From positions 352,001-416,000 of the forward strand of contig JBHYGA010000001.1 of NCBI GenBank assembly GCA_051859245.1: 64,000 nt of DNA, read 5' to 3'. Each line of letters opens with the position of its first letter. Position 1 is the first letter of the stretch. The notes under the pieces were generated by a model that made no database searches, was not told the origin of the DNA, and worked only from the letters and a program-made list of their open reading frames with translations. Origin of the DNA: Gemmatimonadaceae bacterium. Its GTDB lineage: Bacteria > Gemmatimonadota > Gemmatimonadetes > Gemmatimonadales > Gemmatimonadaceae. The translations under genes were made by a program, and so were the position numbers. This document shows positions 30,475 through 40,086 of the stretch, piece by piece.

Positions 30475-30594
30475 ATGTCGAACGACAACACGATTCAGGT
30501 GGCCTATGCCGCCTTCGCGAACAACGATCCGTCGGTGCTGTTCGGCGCAATGTCGCAGGATATCCAATGGTATGAAGCCGAAGGCAATCCGCTT
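30475..30594 (+). pseudogene. 5' remnant (about 40 codons) of a SnoaL/NTF2-like gene
   Basis: MSNDNTIQVAYAAFANNDPSVLFGAMSQDIQWYEAEGNPL fits the family N-terminus, then similarity stops. Confidence 0.65.
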
Positions 30595-30701
30595 GAAGGC
30601 GCGTCACGGGGCCTTGAGCCCGGGTTTCTTGAGCCGTGTCCGCTTTCGGGCGGGTTTCGCGCCTCAAGCGTGAACCCTCAAGCCACGAGGCACGTTTTCT
30701 C

Positions 30702-31898
30702 ATGTCCCGCCGCACTCTGCCGTTCGTCGCCGTCTCAGCTTTTTGTGCTGCACTCGCAATCGCCGTCCCAAGTGAGGCTGTCTCCGCTCAGGAGAAGGCC
30801 CCGCTTATCGACCAGGATATTCGGGCCTCGGCGTCGTATCTCCGATACTACGCGTCCCCGTCCCCATTCGTCCGCAGTGCTGTTGGTACATCATGGGATC
30901 GCACGGTGTACGTCGCTGATCCAACGGCCTCCGTCTCGGGAATTTCCTGCGCGCTGTTCCTCGTGACGTGGTCGCAGTGCGTAAACAACCCGAATGACCC
31001 GTCCGTCAGTCAGTTCGAGTTCGGGTCCGCAGGAGCCGAGACGAATACGGCTGGCGAGTTGGTGTCCCGACAGATCCAGACGACGCCGCTCAGCGGCAGC
31101 GTAAACCGCCCCACGGAGGGATCGGCGTCTGCGAAGGCAGAAACAGAAATCGGCAGCAACAAGGTTTTCGCAGCGGCGCGCGGCGGCTTTGAACGCGAAG
31201 TCTTCTTTCCGTCGTACATCAGTTTCCAAAACGGCGGCTCAGGCGGCAGCGAAAAAGATGAACACCTCTGGTTGACAGGCGCGGCGATCAGTATCTGGTC
31301 GGACACCTTTACGCCCGACTTTACCGGCACGATGACGATCGGACTCAGCTCGTATCTGCATGGTAGTGCTGCGGAAGAGACGTCATACCTTGGCGCGCTA
31401 CCGTCGGGTGCGAATCGTCAGGCGGAATCCAACCTGCAGTTTGGTGTCTTCGACCCAACGCAAAAAACGTATTACGGCAGTGAGTTCAGCTACGAGTTTG
31501 ACTACAGCACTTTCAACGAGGGCATGCGATGGGTGACTGGCCTTGCCGCGGACTTCAGCGGCTTACCGTACGGTCTGTCGCCATACGCGCTGACGTTTGA
31601 TGTAATCGCCGGTCGCACCTACACAATGGTGATGAGTCTCGATGCAACGGCAGGGCAGAATGCGTTGATCGATCTGTTCGGGACATCGAAGGTGGACTAT
31701 TTCGAGGTCCCAGACGGCGGTGCTGTTGCCTTCGGCGGGGGAAGTTTCGCGCTGCGTAACGCGGGTGACGGCGATCCCGACGATGGCGGTCCGATCGACG
31801 GCGGGCCCGTGTCCAGCGTGCCTGAGCCCTCGATGGCGGCGCTACTCGGGGGCGCGCTGATACTGCTGCTGTTGCAACGTCGGCGCCGCGCAACATAG
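30702..31898 (+). CDS. PEP-CTERM sorting domain surface protein
   Basis: Signal peptide; Ser/Gly/Thr-rich body; C-terminal VPEPS + hydrophobic helix + RRRR. Confidence 0.9.
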   Translation: MSRRTLPFVAVSAFCAALAIAVPSEAVSAQEKAPLIDQDIRASASYLRYYASPSPFVRSAVGTSWDRTVYVADPTASVSGISCALFLVTWSQCVNNPNDPSVSQFEFGSAGAETNTAGELVSRQIQTTPLSGSVNRPTEGSASAKAETEIGSNKVFAAARGGFEREVFFPSYISFQNGGSGGSEKDEHLWLTGAAISIWSDTFTPDFTGTMTIGLSSYLHGSAAEETSYLGALPSGANRQAESNLQFGVFDPTQKTYYGSEFSYEFDYSTFNEGMRWVTGLAADFSGLPYGLSPYALTFDVIAGRTYTMVMSLDATAGQNALIDLFGTSKVDYFEVPDGGAVAFGGGSFALRNAGDGDPDDGGPIDGGPVSSVPEPSMAALLGGALILLLLQRRRRAT

Positions 31899-31943
31899 GC
31901 GGTTCTTGCTGGACAAATGCGGTGATTGGGCGGACATTCTGTC

Positions 31944-33290
31944 ATGCGCATGCACAGACGTCAGTTCGCAACGATCGTAGGAGGCGCCGCCGCCGCTCTC
32001 GCGCTCCCGCAGTCGCTGCTGGCGCTCGCGCCCCGTCGGTTCGGCGTCAGCGGTGACGTTGCCCCCGTGATCAACGGCGCACGCCTGAACGCGCGACTCG
32101 CCGAGCTCGCAACGATCGGCGCGCGCACGGACGGTGGCGTGGATCGTGTCGGTTATTCCGATCCTGACATTGCTGCGCGCGCCTGGATCGAACCGTTGTT
32201 GCAGCAAGCCGGACTCACCGTGCGCCGAGACACGGCGGGCAACATCATTGCACGTCGTGAAGGCAGCGACGCATCGCTGCGACCACTCGTGATTGGTTCG
32301 CACATTGACTCGGTGCCGGCCGGCGGTCGATACGATGGTACCGTCGGTGTGCTCGCCTCGATCGAAGTCGCGGACGCACTGCGTGTATCGCGCACACCGC
32401 TGCGTCATCCGCTCGAAGTTGTGATCTGGATGAATGAAGAAGGTGGACTGATCGGAAGTCGCATCGTGGCCGGAGATTTTCGCGACGAAGATCTCAATGC
32501 AACAGCCGTTGCTGGTATGACGCATCGTGAGGGCATCACGCGACTCGGCGGTGATCCAACACGACTCGATACGGCACAGTGGAAGCCGGGTCGAATCGCG
32601 GCGTACGTCGAGTTGCACATCGAGCAAGGTGGCTCGCTCGACCGCGACGGACTGGAGATTGGCGTGGTCGAAGGCATTGTCGGAATTTATGCCTGGGACG
32701 TCACGATTACCGGGCAACAGAACCACTCTGGCGCGACTGCGATGGTGGATCGCAAAGACGCGTTGCTGGCTGCGTCGCGTTATGTCGCGGCGGTTGATCG
32801 CATTGTGCGCGCCGAGGGGCAGGCGGTTGGCACCGTGGGGCGGTTGGCGGTATCGCCCGGAGCACGCAACGTAATTCCGGGTCGTGTTGACGCATCGCTT
32901 GAACTGCGCTCCCTCGACGAGGCTCGCATTACCCGACTGTTCAACGCGATTCAACGCGAGTGCACGCAGATCGCTGAAGCGAACGGCACCGCATTCGAGT
33001 TCAAACTCGCGCAGTCACGGGGACCCTCCATGTGCGTGCCGGAAATCCGTGACATCGTACGCACGCAGGCGCGGCGACTCGGACGCAGCACGAATGATGT
33101 GCCCAGTGGCGCAGGGCATGACGCGCAGAGCATGGCTCACATCGGACCTATGGGCATGTTGTTCGTGCCAAGCATTGGTGGTATCAGCCACTCGCCCTGG
33201 GAGTTCACGCAGCCCGCGCAGGTCACGCATGGCGCCGAGGTGTTGTTGCAAACGGTGCTCACAATCGACGCCAATCCGCCCCGTTTGTGA
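31944..33290 (+). CDS. M20 Zn-dependent hydrolase (allantoate / N-carbamoyl-amino acid amidohydrolase), Tat signal
   Basis: HRRQF; GSHIDSVP.GGRYDG; NEEG; ELHIEQG; SGAGHDAQ; GISHSP.E. Confidence 0.9.
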   Translation: MRMHRRQFATIVGGAAAALALPQSLLALAPRRFGVSGDVAPVINGARLNARLAELATIGARTDGGVDRVGYSDPDIAARAWIEPLLQQAGLTVRRDTAGNIIARREGSDASLRPLVIGSHIDSVPAGGRYDGTVGVLASIEVADALRVSRTPLRHPLEVVIWMNEEGGLIGSRIVAGDFRDEDLNATAVAGMTHREGITRLGGDPTRLDTAQWKPGRIAAYVELHIEQGGSLDRDGLEIGVVEGIVGIYAWDVTITGQQNHSGATAMVDRKDALLAASRYVAAVDRIVRAEGQAVGTVGRLAVSPGARNVIPGRVDASLELRSLDEARITRLFNAIQRECTQIAEANGTAFEFKLAQSRGPSMCVPEIRDIVRTQARRLGRSTNDVPSGAGHDAQSMAHIGPMGMLFVPSIGGISHSPWEFTQPAQVTHGAEVLLQTVLTIDANPPRL

Positions 33291-33304
33291 GACGCCTTCG
33301 CTAC

Positions 33305-34579
33305 TCAGCGCCCGCCGCTGCGCGCTTCGATCAGCCGCATTGACTCGCGACTGACGAATACCTGGGCGTCATATTTCTCAGCCCAGCTGAGCGCGGTCAC
33401 ATCACGATACTCGCGGAGCGGCCCACCGCCATGTCCTTCCTCACGCTGCGCGCGCAATGATGCGCGTGCATTCGGATCGGCACCATGATCCAACAACAAC
33501 TTCGTGAAGCGCGCCTCGTCGGGCTGCCCCTTTCCATAGTTTACCCAGAAATTCCGCTGCGACACCACAGTCGAGAACAACGCCGTGTATCCGCCAAAAC
33601 CTTCAGCATCAATCGCAGCGCGCACATTCGGATCCATGCCTCGATCCAGTAGCCATCGCGCAATTTCCACCTCGTCGAAGTAGGCGGCGATGTGCAATAG
33701 CGTTGTCCCGTGTATCGGCGTGCCCTGAGCCATGTATGGATGCTCAGCCCACAAGGGGCCGAGTGGAAACACATCGAGCTTCGTGAAGGTGCGCGTGAGC
33801 AGCTGCGAGTCGTTCGCGAGATGCGCCTCAAGCAAGTCGACACGGCCGCGATGGAGCGCCATGACGGGCGTGTCGGGCGGTTGGTAACCGTGCTCGATGA
33901 ACATTTCAAGAATGCGATGTTTGGCGTCCGGATTTCGACTGTCCGTTCCAAACAAGTGCTCCAACGCATTGATGTCCGGCCCATCTGTCTTCACAATGCG
34001 CGCGCCGAGCGCGAAGAGCGCCGCCACACCTTCCACGTTCAGCGTGTATGCCGGGCCAGCAAGTGTCCAATGCTCAAGCGACGGACTGCCAGCGAGCGCG
34101 TAGATCAGGCGAACGGTGTGCGTCTGCCCCTGTAGCGCGGCGCGTCCCGCCGCTTTCTCAAAATCGGTTGCGCCCATGGCGTGCAACATCGTGATGATGC
34201 GGTCCCGACCAAGATTCGCCGCGTAACTCATTGGAGGACCCCAGTTACTATCGGCGCGAATGAGCACCGGTTCGTGAATGAGTTCCGGGTGGCGATTCAC
34301 GAGCTCGGCCACAATCTCCGCGTCATCGCGCCAGATGGCATCGGAGAGCTGCACCGCCTCGACAAGCCTCGCCCAGCTTGCTGCCTGGTAACTGCGCGCG
34401 ATCACAAGCTGCGCATTTTCGATCGTTGCCGATTGGGGTTCGATCACTTCAGCGAATCGCGCATGCAGCTCAGCAACTGCGTCGGCGTCACCCTTGTGGA
34501 GCGCGCGCAGCAGCGCTTCAGCCTCTTGCTGGAGTTGCGCGAGATCAGGTCGTACCGGCAGTCGTCGGTCGGTCATCAT
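33305..34579 (-). CDS. Ankyrin repeat protein
   Basis: TLLHIAAYFDEVEIARWLLDRGMDPN; LLLDHGADPN; N-terminal RRLPVRPDLAQL domain. Confidence 0.85.
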   Translation of the reverse strand: MMTDRRLPVRPDLAQLQQEAEALLRALHKGDADAVAELHARFAEVIEPQSATIENAQLVIARSYQAASWARLVEAVQLSDAIWRDDAEIVAELVNRHPELIHEPVLIRADSNWGPPMSYAANLGRDRIITMLHAMGATDFEKAAGRAALQGQTHTVRLIYALAGSPSLEHWTLAGPAYTLNVEGVAALFALGARIVKTDGPDINALEHLFGTDSRNPDAKHRILEMFIEHGYQPPDTPVMALHRGRVDLLEAHLANDSQLLTRTFTKLDVFPLGPLWAEHPYMAQGTPIHGTTLLHIAAYFDEVEIARWLLDRGMDPNVRAAIDAEGFGGYTALFSTVVSQRNFWVNYGKGQPDEARFTKLLLDHGADPNARASLRAQREEGHGGGPLREYRDVTALSWAEKYDAQVFVSRESMRLIEARSGGR

Positions 34580-34719
34580 GGTGAATAATGCGATGCAAGT
34601 CCCGCCCCGTGAAGATTTCCGGCCAACTCGGACGAATCAGGAACTCCATTGCATACCATTCAGTATGTATAGTCAGTGCGGCGTTGCCGGCTTGTTGAAC
34701 TGAATCGTGTGGAGACTAC

Positions 34720-35424
34720 ATGCGGGTGGAAATCTGGTCGGATATCGCGTGTCCCTGGTGCTATGTCGGCAAGCGTCGTTTCGAATCGGCGCTCGCCGAC
34801 TTCGCGCATCGCGACGAGATCACGGTCACGTGGCGAAGCTTTGAACTCGATCCGCACGCGCCGCGCCAGCATGACGAAGCGCAGCCCGTATTGCTCGCGC
34901 GCAAATACCGCACGTCAGTAGAGCAGGCACGCGCGATGAACGCGCGCATGACAGAAGCGGCGGCGAGCGAAGGACTCGACTTTCGTCTGGACGACGTCAA
35001 GGTTGGCAACACGTTCGATGCACACCGGTTGTTGCACTTTGCCGCTGCGCACAATCTGCGTGAGCAACTCGCCGAGCGGCTGTTCGCCGCGTACCTCGGC
35101 GAAGGTGCGTCTCTCGGCGACACGGAAACGCTTGTCGCACTCGCGACGGATGTAGGGCTTGATGCAATCGCCGTGCGCGCGATGCTCACGGAGACAGAGT
35201 TTTCGGACGCGGTGCGCGCTGACGAAGCCGAGGCGCAGGCGATCGGTGTGAGCGGCGTTCCGTTCTTCGTATTGGATCGACGCTACGGCGTGTCGGGTGC
35301 GCAAAGTCCGGCGGTGTTACTCAGTGCGCTGCAGCAGGCGTGGAATGAGCGAACGCCGGTGATGCAGCGTATCGGACCTGACTCGTCAGATGCTGATTGC
35401 GCGGATGGCAGCTGTACAGTGTGA
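34720..35424 (+). CDS. DsbA family (FrnE-like) oxidoreductase
   Basis: WSDIACPWCYVG, NTFDAHRL, GVPFF, SGAQ, C-terminal CADGSC. Confidence 0.92.
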   Translation: MRVEIWSDIACPWCYVGKRRFESALADFAHRDEITVTWRSFELDPHAPRQHDEAQPVLLARKYRTSVEQARAMNARMTEAAASEGLDFRLDDVKVGNTFDAHRLLHFAAAHNLREQLAERLFAAYLGEGASLGDTETLVALATDVGLDAIAVRAMLTETEFSDAVRADEAEAQAIGVSGVPFFVLDRRYGVSGAQSPAVLLSALQQAWNERTPVMQRIGPDSSDADCADGSCTV

Positions 35425-35625
35425 GCATTCAGCTCGATCACGGTTAGCGGATCGAATCTTGTTACGTCCCAGAACGGGTAGGCCGCCTTGCATGCGGTAC
35501 TCGCCGAAGGCAACTCGCGTCAGGGACCAGCGTTTTCGCTGCGAACGGAATGGCGTCTTGCGCACCGCGTGATCTCGCCCGATGTTCGCACATCGACCAA
35601 TGTCTCCTCTCTTCCGGACGTCAAT

Positions 35626-36966
35626 TTGCGCACACTGTGGCATCATCGTTCATTCTCTTTGGTGGGTGTCGCCTTGCTGGCGGCCTGCTCACCGGATCAA
35701 CCAACGGACGTACATCGCTCCTCGTCGCTATCGCCGCAAACGTCCATCAGCGTGGCGCAGGTCGGTCCGCTTGATGTGAGTGGCGACATCGAGGGTGCTG
35801 CGTACCGGATTGTGGTTCCCGCCGTGTGGAACGGCACGTTGCTAGTGTACGCGCACGGGTACCGTGACAAGGCGGATCATCCAGGCGAAGTGGACAACGT
35901 GAACGCCGATGTGGTGCCGAACGCCGCGCTGGCGAATGTACTGTTGGCACAAGGATACGCGCTCGCTGGCTCAGCATTCCGAGACAACGGGTGGGCGGTT
36001 GATGAAGGTATTCAGGACATGGCAGCGCTCGTTTCACATTTCCGCGAAACGGTCGCGAAGCCAAGCCAGACGATCATGTGGGGCTTTTCGATGGGAAGCG
36101 TGATCGCGCTCAAGAGCATGGAGCGATTTGGTGGACTGTATGACGGTGCAATCGCGGCCTGTGCCGCAGGAGCTGGTGCAAGTAGCACGTGGGATGCTGT
36201 GGCCGACCTGTCGCTAGCATACCAGACGGTATTTGGCATTCCCGATTCATGGGGTACGTTCGACGATGTGCGTGACGACCTCGATTTTGAAACGGAGGTG
36301 CAGCCCAAACTGATTGCAGAAGTGGGCGACCCCGCGAACTTCCCGAGGTTTGAGTTTATGCGTCTTGTTACTGGCACGCCTGGGCGTGGCATCACGACGC
36401 CACCGCCGCCGGCGTTTTATCCGGGCTGGGTCTTCACGGATTTCTTCTTTGGTTTCGAAGCGCGTGCCGAGCTTGAACGCCGCGCGGGTGGGCCAATCGT
36501 GCAGAATCGCGATCGCGAATATTCGCTGGCGGCGAGTGAAATAGCGTACCTGCAGTCCTTGGGGATTCCCGAGCCGGTCATCACGGCCTGGCTCGCCTCG
36601 ATGAATGGCCAGCGCACCGCCGATGCGCCCCCGAATGCACGTGCGTATCTCAGGAACAACGCCGATTATTCTGGCAATATCAAACATCCCGTGTTGACGT
36701 TGCACACGGTGATCGATCCGCTCTTACCAGTTTCGCAGCAGAATGCGTACGCGCAAACAGTGATCGCTGCCGGACGAAGCGACCGTCTGGTGCAAGCGTT
36801 CACGAATGGCAACGGTCACTGCGCTTTCACCGGACCGCAGCTCATCTCGGCGGTGAATACGATCAACGCGTGGGTCACCACCGGCACGGCGCCCACAGCG
36901 TCCGCCTTTCCCGCCGCGCTCGGCTTCGTTCCGAACTTTGCACCGCCGGCGATGCTTCAGCCGTAA
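35626..36966 (+). CDS. Alpha/beta hydrolase lipoprotein
   Basis: Probable TTG start; lipobox LAAC; YAHGY, GFSMG nucleophile elbow, HTVIDP, GHCAF. Confidence 0.8.
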   Translation: MRTLWHHRSFSLVGVALLAACSPDQPTDVHRSSSLSPQTSISVAQVGPLDVSGDIEGAAYRIVVPAVWNGTLLVYAHGYRDKADHPGEVDNVNADVVPNAALANVLLAQGYALAGSAFRDNGWAVDEGIQDMAALVSHFRETVAKPSQTIMWGFSMGSVIALKSMERFGGLYDGAIAACAAGAGASSTWDAVADLSLAYQTVFGIPDSWGTFDDVRDDLDFETEVQPKLIAEVGDPANFPRFEFMRLVTGTPGRGITTPPPPAFYPGWVFTDFFFGFEARAELERRAGGPIVQNRDREYSLAASEIAYLQSLGIPEPVITAWLASMNGQRTADAPPNARAYLRNNADYSGNIKHPVLTLHTVIDPLLPVSQQNAYAQTVIAAGRSDRLVQAFTNGNGHCAFTGPQLISAVNTINAWVTTGTAPTASAFPAALGFVPNFAPPAMLQP

Positions 36967-36992
36967 AGCGAGCGTCGTAAATTGCGTGGCAC

Positions 36993-37022
36993 CCCGCAGT
37001 AGCGCGTCAACGTTACTGCGGG
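36993..37022. terminator. Stem-loop between convergent genes, probable terminator
   Basis: CCCGCAGTAGCG-cgtcaa-CGTTACTGCGGG, 12-bp stem with one G-U pair; no strong U-tract. Confidence 0.5.
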
Positions 37023-37078
37023 CACGTGCTTGCGGGTGCCCCTGTGTTGAATGACGCCGCGTTGGTATTGCGGGGGAG

Positions 37079-37555
37079 CTAGTCGGTCTCCGACTGGCTC
37101 GTCAGCACCTTGACCAACAGCTTGTGAAACGTTTGTGATTCCGACGGAGAAAGCGCGGCCAGCACTTCGTCGGCGGCCGACTGAGACTGCGCATCCACCT
37201 TGGCGGCGAGTTTCATACCTCTGCTCGTGAGACGGAGCACGTTCACCCGACGATCATTCGGATCTGCCTCGCGCACCAGTAGACCCTGCGCTTCGAGTGC
37301 GCTCACGAGATGCATGGTCGTGGTACGATCCATGCCCAGGCGTTCGCCCAGCAACTGTTGCTGCGACCGGCCCTCCGCACGCAGCACAAGCAGCAGTCCG
37401 ATCTGTCGAGGCCGAAGCGCGGCGGACCCAATGCGCTCCATCGTCACCTCGCGCAGCCGTTCGGCCAGTCGGTTGACAAGGAATCCGGTGACCTCACGCA
37501 TCGCGGGGGGCAACGCGGAGGCGGGCGGAGGCGACGGTGAGACTCGGTCTGCCAT
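37079..37555 (-). CDS. MarR family regulator
   Basis: QQLLGERLGMDRTT...LEAQGLLVREADPNDRRVNVLRLTSRG. Confidence 0.92.
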   Translation of the reverse strand: MADRVSPSPPPASALPPAMREVTGFLVNRLAERLREVTMERIGSAALRPRQIGLLLVLRAEGRSQQQLLGERLGMDRTTTMHLVSALEAQGLLVREADPNDRRVNVLRLTSRGMKLAAKVDAQSQSAADEVLAALSPSESQTFHKLLVKVLTSQSETD

Positions 37556-37630
37556 AGTGCGCGGGCGGGGATGGCGGAGAACGGACGGACAGGAGAACAG
37601 TAACGGAATCGGCCGCCACTGCCACCGCGG

Positions 37631-37687
37631 TTGACAGATGCGCCGGTCGCGATAATACTCAGTACTACTGATAATCAGTGTTGCTGA
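37631..37687 (+). promoter_or_regulatory. Sigma70-like promoter with tandem TCAG-N5-CTGA palindromes (probable MarR operators)
   Basis: TTGACA at 37631, AATACT 17 bp later; TCAGTACTACTGA (37659-71) and TCAGTGTTGCTGA (37675-87). Confidence 0.62.
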
Positions 37688-37743
37688 ATAAATTCGTCGC
37701 GGCCTGAGTTCGCGTCGTCGTCAACCCACTTCTGGAACCAGCC

Positions 37744-38382
37744 ATGCATACGATTAACGATTTGCGGATCGACAATTGTCTGATCGCTTTCATCGATCAT
37801 CAGCCATTCGTTGCGTTCCCGGTGCGTTCGATCTCCCCCGACGAGCTGACAAACAATGTGACCGGTCTGGCAAAGGTGGCCAAAGCACTTGAAGTGCCGG
37901 TCATCCTGACAACGATCAACGCCGAGGGTGGACCGCTGTCGGATCCACTATTTACCTCGTTGCAGTCGGTCTTTCCCGACGTGACACCGATTGATCGCAA
38001 GAACACCAACGCGTTTAGCGATCCAGTGTTTGTGCAGGCGGTGCAGGCAACGGGGCGAAAGAAGCTGGTGCTGTGCGGTCTGTGGACTGAGGTGTGTCTC
38101 GCACAAACGGCGGGGTCCGCGTTGAAGGCGGGATACGAGGTGTATTTCGTGAGTGATGCGTCGGGTGGAGTGAGTGCTGAGGCGCATCAGGACGCGAAGG
38201 TTCGCATGCAGCAGGCCGGTGCCATTCCCATGACCTGGCAGGCGGTGATGGCAGAACTCTCGCCCGACAACACGGCGCCGGAATATGCGCGACTGTACCA
38301 ACCCGTTGTCGAACACGGCGGCGGTGTGAGCTACGCGGTGCAGTATGTGCTCGCGCAGTTGTCACGCAGCGCCGCAAACTAG
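37744..38382 (+). CDS. Isochorismatase family (YcaC-like) cysteine hydrolase
   Basis: FIDHQP, IDRKNTNAF, GLWTEVC, VSDASGG. Confidence 0.9.
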   Translation: MHTINDLRIDNCLIAFIDHQPFVAFPVRSISPDELTNNVTGLAKVAKALEVPVILTTINAEGGPLSDPLFTSLQSVFPDVTPIDRKNTNAFSDPVFVQAVQATGRKKLVLCGLWTEVCLAQTAGSALKAGYEVYFVSDASGGVSAEAHQDAKVRMQQAGAIPMTWQAVMAELSPDNTAPEYARLYQPVVEHGGGVSYAVQYVLAQLSRSAAN

Positions 38383-38393
38383 AACGCAGGCCG

Positions 38394-40070
38394 TCAACGA
38401 TTCAACAGCTTGAGTATCAGCGGCGTGACATCCAGCTGCGATGGCTTCTCCTCAACTGCAGCCACCATCTTCGCCCGCAGCTCCGAGCCCGTTGAGCCGT
38501 GACGCATCAGGGCGAAGAGGATCTCGCTATCCTGACGGCTCGGGCTGCCGTGCCACGACCGATAACGATGCGAGAAGTAGAAACGCTCCGTTTCGGGGTC
38601 CTGCTCGCGGTATTTTGACAGCAGCAACACGTCGCCGCTTCGATGTCCGTAGCGGCCTACGCCCAGCCCCTCGAGTCGTCGCTCGAGATCCAGCAAGTCA
38701 GGACGCGGATTGGCGGCGAGGTATTCCTTCACCGGGACCAGTGCCTCGCCGTTCCACACCTTGAACGGCGCGGCCGACTCGACGCCGCGTGACTCACGTC
38801 CGAAGATCAAATCGATGGCTCCCTCAAGTTTTGAACCCGCTGCGCCAGTCCGACCAGCGGCGTCAAACGCGCGCACGACCGCGAGTACATCCTCTTCATA
38901 GCGCGGCGGAGAGCGCCAATCGCAGCGGTCCTCTGGCCGCGGACAGGTAGACCGATTCGCGAGGTGCACGTAGGCGATTGCGCCCTGATATGCCAGAACA
39001 GACTGGAACGTGCTGTCCTCGCTCTCAAGCTCGAATGGCCGCACGCGAAATCCGGCAGACTCCAGCACATCACTCGGCTCACCCCCATTTCCCGCACCGA
39101 GCGCGTGGCGTTCGTCGGCGATCGATGGCGTGTGTCCGTGATCGGACACCAGCAACACATACGTGGAATCAAGGGCGCCACGACTGCGATACGCACTGAC
39201 CAGTTGACCAATTGCTGAATCAACAACGGTGGTCAGGTAACGCTGCTGCGCGTGCATTGCCGAGTCGGCAACGTGTGTGAACAGATCAACTCCGGGAAAA
39301 TACACCACCTGAAGATCAGCGAGTCCGTACTCCTCGATAGCTTCGAGCGTCTGATCGATGGCTGCCTGATCAAGCGCGCTATACGTCTCCCAGTTCGAGT
39401 CACCGTCGACAACACCCGCGGCGAACGAGGCGGCGAGTTTCGCAAACGAGCCGGCGTCTGGACGCACCAGCAGATCTGCACCCCGATACTGCGCGGCTAA
39501 CGTGACATAAGTGCGTACATTTGCGCGCTCGAAGAGTGTGGGGACGGCGATCCAGTCATGAAGCAGACTGCCGGAGTACACGCGTACGGCGTCCCCGTGT
39601 TCCGAAACGGATACTGGCGCCGGTGCTGCAAACGTCATGGTTTCGCGATCAAACCATTCGTTCCCCGCAACGCCGTGCTGCGACACGGTGGTGCCGGTGT
39701 AGACCGACGTCCAGGCGGCGAACGTGGTGGACGGAAGAATGCTCAGTACGCCTTCTGGGGCCACGCCGTGTTCGAAAAGGCCACGCTCGCGATCAAGCTC
39801 GGATCCGAGCAGCGATGCAACGTGCGGCATCCCGCCACGTCGCAGTGCATCGGCAAACTCCTGGCCACCCACGCCGTCGAGTGCGATCACAAGCACCCGC
39901 GGCCCGTCGCGTCGCGCGGGGCGCATTGGCTCTCGCAGCTGTACCACCGCATCGGAGGCGATGAGGCGCATGACCTCTGAGGGCGGAGTACCGGTGTACA
40001 CGAGCAGCCCGCCCACTCCCACAACGCAGGCGAGCAGCACTGAAGAAACAACGAGCAGCCAACGCGGCAT
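38394..40070 (-). CDS. Alkaline phosphatase superfamily (nucleotide pyrophosphatase/phosphodiesterase) protein
   Basis: IALDG, PSTTFAAW (Thr nucleophile), DLFTH, VSDHGH, SWHGS. Confidence 0.85.
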   Translation of the reverse strand: MPRWLLVVSSVLLACVVGVGGLLVYTGTPPSEVMRLIASDAVVQLREPMRPARRDGPRVLVIALDGVGGQEFADALRRGGMPHVASLLGSELDRERGLFEHGVAPEGVLSILPSTTFAAWTSVYTGTTVSQHGVAGNEWFDRETMTFAAPAPVSVSEHGDAVRVYSGSLLHDWIAVPTLFERANVRTYVTLAAQYRGADLLVRPDAGSFAKLAASFAAGVVDGDSNWETYSALDQAAIDQTLEAIEEYGLADLQVVYFPGVDLFTHVADSAMHAQQRYLTTVVDSAIGQLVSAYRSRGALDSTYVLLVSDHGHTPSIADERHALGAGNGGEPSDVLESAGFRVRPFELESEDSTFQSVLAYQGAIAYVHLANRSTCPRPEDRCDWRSPPRYEEDVLAVVRAFDAAGRTGAAGSKLEGAIDLIFGRESRGVESAAPFKVWNGEALVPVKEYLAANPRPDLLDLERRLEGLGVGRYGHRSGDVLLLSKYREQDPETERFYFSHRYRSWHGSPSRQDSEILFALMRHGSTGSELRAKMVAAVEEKPSQLDVTPLILKLLNR

Positions 40071-40086
40071 AGTGTGCCTTCTGCCT

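Noticed and set aside
31842..32954. 370-aa minus-strand ORF
   Set aside because: Antisense shadow of the M20 hydrolase.
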